In this document: piece after piece, positions 63,526 through 64,000 of the stretch
How positions within the stretch are numbered: position 1 is the first letter of the stretch
Layout: every line of letters begins with the position of its first letter
From: an uncultured Chloroflexia bacterium
GTDB taxonomy: Bacteria > Chloroflexota > Limnocylindria > QHBO01
NCBI GenBank assembly: GCA_963767985.1
Contig: CAVYGE010000002.1
Coordinates: 169,211 to 233,210, forward strand
Length of the DNA: 64,000 nucleotides
Direction: 5' to 3'
Notes under the pieces: generated by a model
Database searches by the model: none
What the model saw: the letters and a program-made list of their open reading frames with translations, nothing else
What the model was told of the DNA's origin: nothing
Translations under genes and position numbers: made by a program

Positions 63526-64000
63526 ATGAGTGATCAGCCCGCGACGCCCGAGCCGGTCCGGCGGGACGACCGCGGCCCCTCGACCATGGCGATCGGCCTC
63601 GTCCTGGTGCTGGTCGGTGCCGCGCTGCTGGCGGGACAGCTGCTCGGGATCCGCATCGAGGACATCGGCTGGCCGTTCTTCGTCATTGCCGTGGGCGCGG
63701 TGCTGCTCCTCGTTGGCCTGATCGTGATGGACGAGCAGGGAGTCGTCATTGCGGGCACCATCACGACCACCGTGGGACTGGTGCTGCTGTTCCAGGACCA
63801 GACGGGGCGCTGGGAGAGCTGGGCGTATGCCTGGGCCCTGGTCGGTCCGGCGGCGAGTGGACTGGGCCTTGCGCTGTGGGGCGTCCGCAGCGGCAACCTG
63901 GCGGACGTCCGCAATGGGATCTGGGGGATGCTGGGGGGCCTTGCGCTGTTCGCCGTCGGATTCCTCGTCTTCGAGGGCATCATCGGCATCAGCGGCGAGC
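63526..64000 (+). CDS. Multi-TM membrane protein (LiaF/DUF5668-like), runs off window end
   Basis: Leaderless TAGCAT-6 nt-ATG; GLVLVLVG.ALL, WPFFVI..G, WESWAYAWAL. Confidence 0.65.
   Translation, partial: MSDQPATPEPVRRDDRGPSTMAIGLVLVLVGAALLAGQLLGIRIEDIGWPFFVIAVGAVLLLVGLIVMDEQGVVIAGTITTTVGLVLLFQDQTGRWESWAYAWALVGPAASGLGLALWGVRSGNLADVRNGIWGMLGGLALFAVGFLVFEGIIGISGE

Overview
GC-rich (roughly 70% by eye) bacterial chromosomal segment. Gene style, leaderless starts and the ECF sigma/anti-sigma pair suggest Chloroflexota, possibly Limnocylindria-like (inference). Many single-base indels split clearly intact housekeeping genes, so this looks like an unpolished long-read assembly. The window is mostly amino-acid biosynthesis: a Trp T-box-controlled trpE-trpG-(AF1403/DUF5612-like ACT protein) operon; ppc; a shikimate operon (DAHP synthase with ACT and chorismate mutase domains, aroA, aroC, aroE, aroK-aroB, pheA, type II dehydroquinase); leuCD; ilvD; and ilvBN-ilvC-leuA-leuB-cimA-ilvE followed by a stand-alone LeuA allosteric-domain gene. 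Next come a ~16.5 kb uncharacterised sugar catabolism cluster, an ECF sigma/cupredoxin/ferritin-like lipoprotein/DM13 module, tRNA-Gln(CTG) and pxpABC. The most notable signals are in the non-coding DNA and small genes. They include an 8-codon leader peptide MNSKWFYG with consecutive Trp-Phe-Tyr codons and a terminator ahead of the shikimate operon, and a leaderless Leu/Val/Ile-rich attenuator peptide ahead of ilvB. There is also a ~183-nt 6S-like rod RNA, a mirror-symmetric bidirectional promoter between leuC and a cyclase gene, and two free-standing amino-acid-sensor-like proteins at the ends of the trp and ilv-leu operons.
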